Of a stretch of DNA of 64,000 bases, positions 51,387 through 59,846 are shown piece by piece. The stretch's first letter is position 1. Each line of letters starts with the position of its first letter. This DNA comes from Thermoanaerobaculales bacterium (GTDB taxonomy: Bacteria; Acidobacteriota; Thermoanaerobaculia; Thermoanaerobaculales; Sulfomarinibacteraceae). The stretch covers positions 7,754-71,753 of the forward strand of contig JAIOSJ010000129.1 of NCBI GenBank assembly GCA_021107705.1, read 5' to 3'. A model generated the notes under the pieces. It worked only from the letters and a program-made list of their open reading frames with translations. It searched no databases and had not been told where the DNA came from. The position numbers and the translations under genes were made by a program.

Positions 51387-52599
51387 CGTCCGACTCCTTG
51401 CGCCGCTGCACCACAAGCACGGTCTGGTCGTCGTGCAACGTCTCGCTCCCGGAAAACGCCTGGACCTCGGCGAAGATCCGCTCGACGAGGGCCTCAGGAT
51501 CCAGGTCCCGCGCCGAGACCACGAGTTCTTCGAGCCGGTCCAATTCGAATTCAGTCTCTCCGACACCGTGGGCCTCGGTAATGCCATCGGTGTAGATCAC
51601 CAAAGTGTCCCCAGGGCCGATCTTCGACAGACCCGCCGTATACCGCGCATTGGGAAACGGCCCCAAGGGCAATCCTCCGGCCGCCAGACGTTCGACCTCT
51701 CCCGAGGCCCGCACCAGCAGCGCTGGAGGGTGTCCGGCACAGCAGTACATGATCGTGCCCGAGAGATCGATCTCTGCGAGAAAGAGGGAAACGAACTTGG
51801 TAGCCAACCGAGAACGATGGATGATGCGGTTGAGGCGCTCGAGGGTCCCACCCAGCTTGTACTCACGCGAGAGGCCCATACGCAGACCGGTGAAAACGTC
51901 TCGAACCTGAAGAGCCGCCGGCAACCCATGTCCCGTGGCATCGGCCACGACAACGTCGAAGGAGGCGTCATCGAGTTCAATCACGTCGTAGAAGTCACCA
52001 CCGACGATTTCTGCCGCGAGACAGCGGCCCGCCAAAGTGAAATCCCCGGGGCTCGGCAGGTGGCGCGGAAGAATCGATGTTTGGATGCGCCGGGCATCCT
52101 CCATAACCACCGCCATACGCACTTCCCGGAGCTGTTGGTTGATTGCCAGCCGGACAATGTTCAATGTGGAAATCAGGTCATCGACGGCGATGTGAGGTGC
52201 GTCCACGTCGAACGACAGAATGAAGTGTCCATCATCGACGACGATGGCCGCAAAAACCTCTCCCGTGCCCAGCAGATCTTCGAGGGTGGGATCAAGCCCG
52301 GGATCATCCCGGTGCATGACCGCAACGCCGGTCTCCAGCAAATGTCGGATCGGCATATAGTCGGCGCCCACCTGCTGCCCAAGAGGAATCTTGCCCACCA
52401 GACCGAAGGTTGCAACCAACTCGTAGTCACCATCATCGAAGGAATAGATTCTGCCGCCCTTCAGACCGAGGTCATCGGTAAAAGTATCGGCGAGAAAATG
52501 AGCCGTTGTCTGAATTGTTTCAAGCGGGCTGGAACCCCCGGCGATAGTCTCCAACGCGCGTTCAATACGGTGGTACAACGAAATCGTTCGTCTCGGCAT
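51379..52599 (-). CDS. GAF-domain-containing PP2C/SpoIIE-family serine phosphatase (RsbU-like)
   Basis: 406 aa with a GAF-like N-terminal half. The PP2C part reads ARRIQTSILPRHLP, GGDFYDV, VVVADATGHGLPAAL, LVIYTDGITEA and HDDQTVLVV. Confidence 0.85.
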   Translation of the reverse strand: MPRRTISLYHRIERALETIAGGSSPLETIQTTAHFLADTFTDDLGLKGGRIYSFDDGDYELVATFGLVGKIPLGQQVGADYMPIRHLLETGVAVMHRDDPGLDPTLEDLLGTGEVFAAIVVDDGHFILSFDVDAPHIAVDDLISTLNIVRLAINQQLREVRMAVVMEDARRIQTSILPRHLPSPGDFTLAGRCLAAEIVGGDFYDVIELDDASFDVVVADATGHGLPAALQVRDVFTGLRMGLSREYKLGGTLERLNRIIHRSRLATKFVSLFLAEIDLSGTIMYCCAGHPPALLVRASGEVERLAAGGLPLGPFPNARYTAGLSKIGPGDTLVIYTDGITEAHGVGETEFELDRLEELVVSARDLDPEALVERIFAEVQAFSGSETLHDDQTVLVVQRRKESDDE

Positions 52600-52758
52600 G
52601 GCGGAATAATGTCATGGGTAACTGAGTTGGACAATAGTCAGTTCCCATCCGGAAACTCCGGACAGGAATAGTCTCCGTAACCACTACCACTGTTTCGGAA
52701 TACAATGATGTGTAGAATGTACGACACTCAGCCGGCGATCGGCTGAGTTGGAGGAAGA

Positions 52759-53232
52759 ATGAATCGTCTGCTCGCCGTCACCATCATCGCCCTGGCCGCC
52801 ACGTCCATGCTGCTGAATACCTCGTGCTCCGGTCCTGAGGATTCGCAGGTAGCTATCGCCGAAACCAGGCTTGCATCCTCGCACGGAAATGCCCCGATCA
52901 AGTGGGCCAGTGACTGGAAAACCGCTCTGGAAAGGGCCGATTCTGAGGACAAAGCGGTTCTCGTGACCTTTTATGCCGATTGGTGTATCTGGTGTAAGAG
53001 ACTTGAGAACACGACTCTTGCGAACGCCAAAGTGGTCGCTTATCTCACCGAGAATGTCGTTCCGATCAGGCTCGACGTGGATAACGAGGGCCGTACGCTC
53101 TCCAATAACTACAGAGTCGACGGTTTGCCGACCGTCCTCGTTCTCAACGCCAGAGGCAAAGAGATCGGTCGGATCCCGGGCTACCTTCCTCCCGACGGCT
53201 TTCTTGACCGGGTTCGGGCTTTCCTGGGCTAA
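52759..53232 (+). CDS. Exported (probably lipoprotein) thioredoxin-fold protein with WCIWC active site
   Basis: It starts MNRLLAVTIIALAATSMLLNTSCSG, then ...KAVLVTFYADWCIWCKRLE...YRVDGLPTVLVLN. A GGAGG precedes the ATG. A 9-bp hairpin (ACTCAGCCG/CGGCTGAGT) lies in the leader. Confidence 0.75.
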   Translation: MNRLLAVTIIALAATSMLLNTSCSGPEDSQVAIAETRLASSHGNAPIKWASDWKTALERADSEDKAVLVTFYADWCIWCKRLENTTLANAKVVAYLTENVVPIRLDVDNEGRTLSNNYRVDGLPTVLVLNARGKEIGRIPGYLPPDGFLDRVRAFLG

Positions 53233-53257
53233 CCGGTTCTTTCAGGGACCTTCGTGG

Positions 53258-55723
53258 TTATGTAGGAGCATCCTCGTCTTCGTCCTCGTCAGGCTTGAAA
53301 CGATCATCAGCACAGATCAAGGCTTCGGGCGTCGGCATCGGCTCTCCATCGCGAGGAGCGTAGTACGCCTGTTGAAACAACCACGGAAGGTCCCGCAATG
53401 CCGGGTCATCCTCCTCACAAGTGATATTCGGCTCGGTCCCGTCGAGAAAGGCATCGAGGATGACCTCACTCCCGGTGGAACATGCCGGCACCACGAGATG
53501 ACCTGAATAACGATCGACCGCGCTGAAAACCACACCGGCAGGTATAGAAAAGCGTTCGGCTCTTGCGGCCTCGTCAAGGGTCTCCAAGTACACTTCCATA
53601 AAGCGAATCCAAATGGGAAGAGCTGCGGCGGCGCCGGTCATCCGCTTGCCGATCGGCGCCTTGTGGTCACGTCCAACCCATACACCAACCGTGATCCTCG
53701 GTGACGACCCCACAAACCACGCATCCGAGTACTCATCGGTCGTTCCTGTCTTCCCCGCCAGGTGAGCATCCAATGCCCTTGCCTTCATGCCCGTGCCCCG
53801 CTCCACGACACCTTCGAGGACGTGGAGAAGAAGATACGTGGCCGGCGCCGACGCACCCCTTTCGAGAGTCGGGAAAAATCGTTCCAACTGCCGGCCATCC
53901 CTATCCCGGACTTCCGCAATGAAATACGGTTGAGGAATCTCACCCAAGTTGGCAAAACCGGCATAGGCCCGAACCAGATCGATCAGGCGAACGCCGAGAG
54001 TCCCGAGAGCGAGCGAAGCATAGGGGTGTAACTCGGTGGAAATTCCCATGGCCTTGGCGGTGTCCACGACCGCCTGCCCGCCCACCATGTCCTGCAGCTT
54101 CACCGCCGAGGCATTGAAGCTCGCCTCCAGAGCCCGACGCAAGGTCGTGATTCCATAATATTTGTTGTAATAGTTCTTTGGACAGTAGGTAAGTTCGCCG
54201 ATCGCATCGGGAAGCAGGAAAGGGGCATCAAAAAGAGTGTCAGCCGGTGTGTAGCCGGCCTCGAAGGCGGTGAGATAAACAAACGGCTTGAATGCCGAAC
54301 CACACTGGAGCTTGGATTGAGTGGCCCGATTGAATTCGGACCTTTCGAAGTCGAATCCCCCGACCATCGCCAACACAGCGCCCGTTCGGTTGTCCATTGC
54401 CAGGAGAGCACCTTCGATCTCCGGTTCCTGGAGGAGTTCAACCGAGAGAACTGCCTCGTCGTCCTCGGGAAGAGGGTCGGGCAGACGAACAAAAACCAGA
54501 TCGCCGGGCCGAAGAATCCTTTTCAAAGACGATGCTTTGGTCCATTTTGCGGCCGCGATGCCAAATTCGGCCTCCCGATCGGCAAGACGCAACCGGGCTT
54601 TGGATCGAGAAACCTCCAACACCACCGCCCGCACCATGTCCCCAGGGACGAGGCTCAGTTGCTGCCACGAGGGATCTATGTAACTTACAGCGTCCTGTGC
54701 CCGACCATCTTTCACGACGTTCGGCGGCCGGCGAAAGCCCAGGTGATTCGTCTCCAATTCGACCAGACCCTCACGAACGGCGGCCTCCGCCGCCTTCTGC
54801 AGACCCGGATCCATGGTCAGATCGACCTGAAGACCGCCTTTGTACAACGTGTTCGTACCGTAGTCATTCTCAATCTTCCGACGGACATGCTCAAGGAAGT
54901 ACGCACCGTTGTCCGTATGGGCCTTGTGTAACTCCAGACCAAGAGGGGCTTCCAGACCGGCTCGGTAACTCCCCTGATCAATGAAACCCAGTTCGAACAT
55001 CTTGCCGAGGACGCGGTCTCGCCGATTTTTTGTTCCCTCGGGATTTCGAATCGGGTTATGCAGCCTTTCCGGGTTCTGGATCATGCCGGCGAGCATCGCC
55101 GCCTCGTACAATTCCAACTCAATCGCCGGCTTGTCGAAGTACAGAAGCGAAGCGGCTTCGACTCCGTAGGCGCCCTGTCCAAAATAGATCTGGTTGGCAT
55201 ACATGGAGATGATCTGATCCTTCGACAACCTCTTCTCCATGTCGAGAGCGAGGAACATCTCCCTGATCTTACGCGCGATCCGACGCTCCCGACTAAGGAA
55301 AAGATCCCGGGCCAATTGTTGAGTCAGGGTCGAAGCTCCGCCCTGGCCACCCAGTTTCCAGGTTTTGATCGAACCGATGACCGCACGGAGGATAGCCTTT
55401 GGATCAACCCCGCCGTGATTGTAGAAATTGCCGTCTTCTATCGCGACGATCGCAAGCTTCAAATTGTCGGGGATCTGATCCGGAGGTAATTCAACCCGTC
55501 TCTCAAGAGCAAAGGTGGCCACCTGGCTGCCGTCCGCAGCGAGTACCTCAGTGGTGGAGGCCGGCCTGTAGGTGGGAAGTTGATCCAGCTGAGGAATGTG
55601 AAGGGTGCGGGCAATCGCCCAGCCCGTGAAGGCGCCAACGACACAACCGGCGAGAACCGCCCACACCATACGAGTTATCCAGGTCACCAATTGCGGCTTC
55701 ATCTGCAGCGACTTCATCTGCAA
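53258..55723 (-). CDS. mrcA: Class A penicillin-binding protein 1A (glycosyltransferase + transpeptidase)
   Basis: 821 aa. The GT51 part reads AIVAIEDGNFYNHGGVD, GASTLTQQLARDL and RKIREM. The TP part reads SAFKPFVY (SxxK), SFNAS (SxN) and KTGTT. Confidence 0.9.
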   Translation of the reverse strand: MQMKSLQMKPQLVTWITRMVWAVLAGCVVGAFTGWAIARTLHIPQLDQLPTYRPASTTEVLAADGSQVATFALERRVELPPDQIPDNLKLAIVAIEDGNFYNHGGVDPKAILRAVIGSIKTWKLGGQGGASTLTQQLARDLFLSRERRIARKIREMFLALDMEKRLSKDQIISMYANQIYFGQGAYGVEAASLLYFDKPAIELELYEAAMLAGMIQNPERLHNPIRNPEGTKNRRDRVLGKMFELGFIDQGSYRAGLEAPLGLELHKAHTDNGAYFLEHVRRKIENDYGTNTLYKGGLQVDLTMDPGLQKAAEAAVREGLVELETNHLGFRRPPNVVKDGRAQDAVSYIDPSWQQLSLVPGDMVRAVVLEVSRSKARLRLADREAEFGIAAAKWTKASSLKRILRPGDLVFVRLPDPLPEDDEAVLSVELLQEPEIEGALLAMDNRTGAVLAMVGGFDFERSEFNRATQSKLQCGSAFKPFVYLTAFEAGYTPADTLFDAPFLLPDAIGELTYCPKNYYNKYYGITTLRRALEASFNASAVKLQDMVGGQAVVDTAKAMGISTELHPYASLALGTLGVRLIDLVRAYAGFANLGEIPQPYFIAEVRDRDGRQLERFFPTLERGASAPATYLLLHVLEGVVERGTGMKARALDAHLAGKTGTTDEYSDAWFVGSSPRITVGVWVGRDHKAPIGKRMTGAAAALPIWIRFMEVYLETLDEAARAERFSIPAGVVFSAVDRYSGHLVVPACSTGSEVILDAFLDGTEPNITCEEDDPALRDLPWLFQQAYYAPRDGEPMPTPEALICADDRFKPDEDEDEDAPT

Positions 55724-55773
55724 AGAATAGCACCGAAGCGCTCACCGTAGCCTTTTGCGGGCAACTGATTCTG

Positions 55774-56361
55774 TCAGGGGATCTCGGAGGGTTCCGGGGT
55801 CACCAGTCCTCCCTGGGGGCGATCGAGATGTCCCGTACGCGAGAGTTTCCCGAGATAATCGTACGCAACGATTGAGCCTGCAACCGCCAGGTTCAAACAG
55901 GGAACCAGACCCCATTGCGGAATCTGGACGATCAGATCGGCGGCATCCAACAGGCGAACCGGAAGTCCATTTCGCTCGGCGCCGAGGAGAAAACACGGTC
56001 GCTCGGGATATTCGGCTTCGAAGAGACTCACCGACCGGGGATCCAACTCAACCGCAACTAAGCTCATGCCCCGGGCTCGAACGTGTTCGAGAAAGGCGTC
56101 TTCATCAGGCAGAAAAATGACCTCGGTGTAGAGTTCCGCCGTTTTTGCCGCCTCAACATTCCACTCACGTTCACCGACCAAGATGACTTCCTGGGCTGCG
56201 ACGGCGTGGGCGGTCCGTACCAGAGTTCCCACGTTATGTTCTTTGCTCGTTTCCCACCCTGCGACTGCGATGGGCCGAAGACCGCGGCGATACTCTTCAA
56301 GCCGGCGTGCGCGGCGGGCCAACCGACGCTGGTGCGAATATTCACCTTTGGAAATTCCCAT
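55774..56361 (-). CDS. SpoU/TrmH-family RNA 2'-O-methyltransferase
   Basis: ATG 56361 gives 195 aa: NVGTLVRTAHAVAAQEVILVG..., CFLLGAERNGLP, IPQWGLVPCLNLAVAGSIVAYD. The upstream 85 codons of the track ORF look non-coding. Confidence 0.78.
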   Translation of the reverse strand: MGISKGEYSHQRRLARRARRLEEYRRGLRPIAVAGWETSKEHNVGTLVRTAHAVAAQEVILVGEREWNVEAAKTAELYTEVIFLPDEDAFLEHVRARGMSLVAVELDPRSVSLFEAEYPERPCFLLGAERNGLPVRLLDAADLIVQIPQWGLVPCLNLAVAGSIVAYDYLGKLSRTGHLDRPQGGLVTPEPSEIP

Positions 56362-56429
56362 ACAGACCGCTTCTCCACCGCTTCGGGCCCACCTGTCCAG
56401 GAAAATCAGACTGTCCGGTGAAACAGGCC

Positions 56430-56551
56430 CACAAATACGAAATCCCGCACCATGCGGGATTTCGTTTCGGCGGGTTTGCCCGCCCAAGCCTTTGCAGATG
56501 GTGACGCGGCTGCAAGGTCTATTGAACGCCCGCGACCCGGACCTTCCGGAT
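56430..56551 (-). ncRNA. Candidate ~120-nt structured sRNA or 5' leader (unknown class)
   Basis: It is bounded by a promoter-like TTGACA-17 nt-CATATT (plus-strand coordinates 56581-56586 and 56558-56563) and the hairpin at 56438-56464. The interior has three more hairpins: CCGGA-agg-TCCGG, CCTTGCAG...CTGCAAAGG and GGCGGG-caaa-CCCGCC. I see no match to any RNA family I can recall. Confidence 0.25.
56438..56464 (-). terminator. 12-bp perfect hairpin followed (on the minus strand) by UAUUUGU: terminator or attenuator-like
   Basis: The minus strand reads CGAAATCCCGCA-tgg-TGCGGGATTTCG then TATTTGTGGG. It lies about 75 nt upstream of the TrmH-family start codon. Confidence 0.45.
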
Positions 56552-56646
56552 ACTTCAAATATGGTCCAACCCCCGGTCTTTGTCAAGACCTCACAAAGAT
56601 TGTCAAGGAAATCCAAATCGGACTTCAGACTGAGGGGCTAAAGGGC

Positions 56647-56879
56647 TAACCCGACCTTCTCACCGGGTTTCGTTGCGAGGGCTGCGAAGGGTAGTTAAAT
56701 GTTCGCTGGCACCGCTTTGCGGCTTGCGTCTCTCCGCCTCCGGCTCCGAGGTCAGGTTTTTTGGAAATTGGGCGACGCAGTCGTAGTTGCACTCCGCCGA
56801 GGAGAATGATTTGCGAAAAGCACGACAGATGGCTGCCATACGCCGCCCGTAGCAGACAACCGGTGAGAAGGCCGGGCTA
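56647..56879 (+). mobile_element. MITE copy f (233 bp including flanking TA; longer variant)
   Basis: The sequence is TA-ACCCGACCTTCTCACC...GGTGAGAAGGCCGGGC-TA. It shares internal blocks with d and g: TTCGTTGCGAGGGC, GACGCAGTCGTAGTT, GCGAAAAGCAC, CCGTAGCAGA. Confidence 0.7.
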
Positions 56880-57032
56880 AGAACCCTTCCCAACAGAGCC
56901 TTCCGAAACCATCCTCCTCCTGCACCGTGCCGTTCCTCTCGGTAGACGCCGGTGACAACATCTCCCACTTATCCTCAACCCATTGATCTGTCAGATGGTT
57001 CGAGCTAGAGTGATGTTGCAAGGAGGCTTCTC

Positions 57033-57617
57033 ATGTTGGCACATGTTCGTACCGTAGCGCTTATTCTGGCTGGAATCAGCCTGGTTTTTTTCGTCGCCTG
57101 TTCGAGTTCCGGACCGAAGGCACAAACCGTACCTTCGACGCCGGTGGAACCAACCACGGCGCCGGTGACCGAACCTTCAATGAGTGAAGAAGTCATCTCC
57201 GAAAGACCTACCCAACCGATGGTGTCGGAACAGCCCATGGTCGAGGAGTTGCCGGAGGATCTCGTTATTCTCAATGCGAGGGGTTATCTGGATGACGTCT
57301 TTTTCGAGACTGACCGGTACGAACTCGAGAACCAGGCCCGCGACCATCTCGCCGCCAACGCAAAGTGGCTGCGGCAATATGCGGACGTGAAAATCTTGGT
57401 TGAGGGTCATTGTGACGAGAGAAACACCCGTGAATACAATCTCGCACTGGGAGAACGGCGTGCCAACGCCGTTCGCGACTACCTGGTTTTTCTCGGAATC
57501 GACCCGAACAGAGTGCAAACCATCAGCTACGGCGAAGAAAGACCCTTTTCGCTCGGCCGAGACGAGGCGGCGTGGAACTTGAACCGGCGCGCTCATTTCG
57601 TCATAACCGCCCGCTGA
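57033..57617 (+). CDS. pal: Peptidoglycan-associated lipoprotein Pal (OmpA-like domain)
   Basis: The lipobox is LVFFVAC. The protein reads VFFETDRYELENQARDHLAANAKWL, ILVEGHCDERNTREYNLALGERRANAVRDYL and ISYGEERP. Confidence 0.9.
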   Translation: MLAHVRTVALILAGISLVFFVACSSSGPKAQTVPSTPVEPTTAPVTEPSMSEEVISERPTQPMVSEQPMVEELPEDLVILNARGYLDDVFFETDRYELENQARDHLAANAKWLRQYADVKILVEGHCDERNTREYNLALGERRANAVRDYLVFLGIDPNRVQTISYGEERPFSLGRDEAAWNLNRRAHFVITAR

Positions 57618-57636
57618 GCGGCAGGAGACCAAGACC

Positions 57637-58467
57637 ATGCGAAATGCCCTGATCATCATTGTCGCTCTTTCGACTATTGCCTGTACCGGCGGGGAGGACA
57701 TCGCTCTCCTGCACCGCGAGATCACCGACGTACAACGCGGCGTCCAAAACCTGCAGAATTCGAATGTGGATCAACAGGACATGCGACAGCTGGGGGACCG
57801 CCTCCAACAGCTGACCGACCAGAATATGCGATCCAACGCTGACCTCTCGACGAGGGTTCAGGCTCTTCAGGAGTCGATTGAAGCACTTCATGCCAGTCTC
57901 GAACTGACGACGCGAAAGCTGCAGGCCATCACTCAGGAATTGGCGGCAGCCCGTGCCCACCAGATAACGGTGCTTCCCCCGGTGACGACGACCGTTCCCG
58001 CCGGCGCTGATGGTGAAGCAACAACGAACACCGCCGAGACTGCATCAATTGAGAGGCCCGTTGCCGCCGCAATCGATCAGATGCCTCCCGACCGGCTCTA
58101 CCGTTCCGCCTATGAAGACTACATGCGCGGCAACTACGATCTGGCCGCTCAAGGTTTCCGGGAATACCTCCGACGCTTTCCGGAGACCGACCTCGGTGAC
58201 AACGCCCTCTATTGGATCGGCGAAGCCTACGACGCTCAAGATCTGAACCAGGAGGCCATTGAGGTCTTCTCTCAGTTGCTTGAAGCCTATCCGAACTCAG
58301 ACAAGGCGGCCGGCGCTCAACTCAAGAAAGGCTTGCTCTACCTCAAAGCCGATGATCAGGGCCAAGGCGTCGTCAACCTCCAGTACGTCGTCTACGAGCA
58401 CCCCGGCACCAAGGAAGCGGAATTGGCTCGGGAGAAGCTGCGATCCTTGGGACTGAATATCAGGTGA
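57637..58467 (+). CDS. cpoB: Tol-Pal system protein CpoB/YbgF (coiled coil + TPR)
   Basis: 276 aa with a signal/lipoprotein-like N-terminus and a coiled coil. It then reads LYRSAYEDYMRGNYDLAAQGFREYLRRFPETDLGDNALYWIGEAY...YPNSDKAAGAQLKKG. The gene lies directly after pal. Confidence 0.85.
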   Translation: MRNALIIIVALSTIACTGGEDIALLHREITDVQRGVQNLQNSNVDQQDMRQLGDRLQQLTDQNMRSNADLSTRVQALQESIEALHASLELTTRKLQAITQELAAARAHQITVLPPVTTTVPAGADGEATTNTAETASIERPVAAAIDQMPPDRLYRSAYEDYMRGNYDLAAQGFREYLRRFPETDLGDNALYWIGEAYDAQDLNQEAIEVFSQLLEAYPNSDKAAGAQLKKGLLYLKADDQGQGVVNLQYVVYEHPGTKEAELAREKLRSLGLNIR

Positions 58468-58474
58468 ATTAGAA

Positions 58475-58497
58475 GCGATCAGCTGATAGCTGATCGC
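58475..58497. terminator. 10-bp perfect hairpin after cpoB (no clear U-tract)
   Basis: GCGATCAGCT-gat-AGCTGATCGC lies 8 nt after the TGA. There is no T-run on the + strand and only a weakly T-rich stretch on the other strand. Confidence 0.35.
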
Positions 58498-58604
58498 TGA
58501 CAGCAAAACATCTACTGGCATTTCATGGAGGGTTTCGCTAGAATACCCGCCCTGTGTGCGCTCTGAACTGAAGTGCGCCTTCGAGATTAAGGAGAACGAG
58601 AAGC

Positions 58605-58895
58605 ATGGCAACCATCAAGGGAACCAAAAAGCAGGCCCGCAAGCGCCATCGCCAGTCGCTGGAGCGACGCATGCGAAATAAGACCGTGCGTACCCGGGTT
58701 CGCCGGCAGATGCGCCTGATGCGCGTCGCCCTCGAGGAGGGTGACGCCGCCAAAGTCAAAGAACTTCTGCCCGAGACCATTTCGGTCATCGATGTCGGTT
58801 GGCGCCGGGGTGTCCTTCACCGCAATACCGCCTCCCGCTACAAGGGCCGTATGGCCAAACAGGCTCAAGCCGTCATCGCCGCCACGGAAGCGTAG
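58605..58895 (+). CDS. rpsT: 30S ribosomal protein S20
   Basis: The protein reads MATIKGTKKQARKRHRQSLERRMRNKTVRTRVRR...GVLHRNTASRYKGRMAKQ. An AAGGAG precedes the ATG. Confidence 0.9.
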   Translation: MATIKGTKKQARKRHRQSLERRMRNKTVRTRVRRQMRLMRVALEEGDAAKVKELLPETISVIDVGWRRGVLHRNTASRYKGRMAKQAQAVIAATEA

Positions 58896-58898
58896 CCG

Positions 58899-59795
58899 AT
58901 GGCCGAGGCCCTGCTCACCACGAGGATCCCTGACGGTGAGTTACTGAGCCACGGCAAAGTTCGTGATATCTATACCGCAGCACCGAACGCGCTGGTCTTG
59001 GTCGCAACCGATCGGGTCAGCGCGTTTGATCATGTTCTGGAACCTGGAATTCCCGGCAGAGGCGTTATCCTGACCCAACTCTCGAACTTCTGGTTCAGGC
59101 ACTTCGAAGACCTGCTGCCCAATCACCTCCTGGTCACCGATCTGGAGGAATTCCCCGAGCCGTACCGAAATTATCCGGAACTCGGCGGGCGCGCGGTGTT
59201 GGTAAAGAAACTCCGACCCATTCCAATCGAATGTGTGGCTCGTGGTTATATCACCGGGTCAGGGTGGGAGGAATACGCGGTTGACCAGACGGTGTGCGGG
59301 ATCAAGCTTCCTGCAGGTCTGAGCGACTGCGAAAAGCTCACCGAACCCATCTTTACCCCGGCAACAAAGGCCACAGAGGGGCACGACGAGAACATCAGTT
59401 ACGAGCGTATGGTCTCGATCGTCGGTCGTGAAACCGCCGAAGCCTTGCGCAGCTACACCCTGAGAATCTACACCGACGCCGCTGCCTATGCAGCCGAGCG
59501 GGGCATTATTATTGCCGATACGAAATTCGAGTTTGGTATCGACGAAGACGGGTGCATCGTCTGGATGGATGAAGCCCTGACACCCGACTCGTCCCGCTTC
59601 TGGCCGGTGGACGGTTATGAGCCCGGTCGCTCGCAGCCGTCCTTTGACAAACAGTTCGTCAGGGACTGGGTGTCCGCCGGCGGATGGAACAAAGAACCCC
59701 CGACACCGATTCTCCCGCCCGAAGTTGTGGCGGGTACTCTGAAGCGATACCGCCGGGCCTACCGTTTGCTCACCGGGGAGGAGATCAACCCCTGA
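58899..59795 (+). CDS. purC: Phosphoribosylaminoimidazole-succinocarboxamide (SAICAR) synthase
   Basis: 298 aa reading GKVRDIY, LVATDRVSAFD, IPGRGVILTQLSNFWF, VKKLRPIPIECVARGYITGS, IIIADTKFEFG and DEALTPDSSRFW. Confidence 0.9.
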   Translation: MAEALLTTRIPDGELLSHGKVRDIYTAAPNALVLVATDRVSAFDHVLEPGIPGRGVILTQLSNFWFRHFEDLLPNHLLVTDLEEFPEPYRNYPELGGRAVLVKKLRPIPIECVARGYITGSGWEEYAVDQTVCGIKLPAGLSDCEKLTEPIFTPATKATEGHDENISYERMVSIVGRETAEALRSYTLRIYTDAAAYAAERGIIIADTKFEFGIDEDGCIVWMDEALTPDSSRFWPVDGYEPGRSQPSFDKQFVRDWVSAGGWNKEPPTPILPPEVVAGTLKRYRRAYRLLTGEEINP

Positions 59796-59846
59796 GCAAC
59801 GGCCGGGCCGGTGCTGAATTTTTCCGATCGAAGAGGAGAACGACAG

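Noticed and set aside
51433-52671. 412-aa plus-strand ORF
   Set aside because: It is antisense to the GAF-PP2C phosphatase gene.
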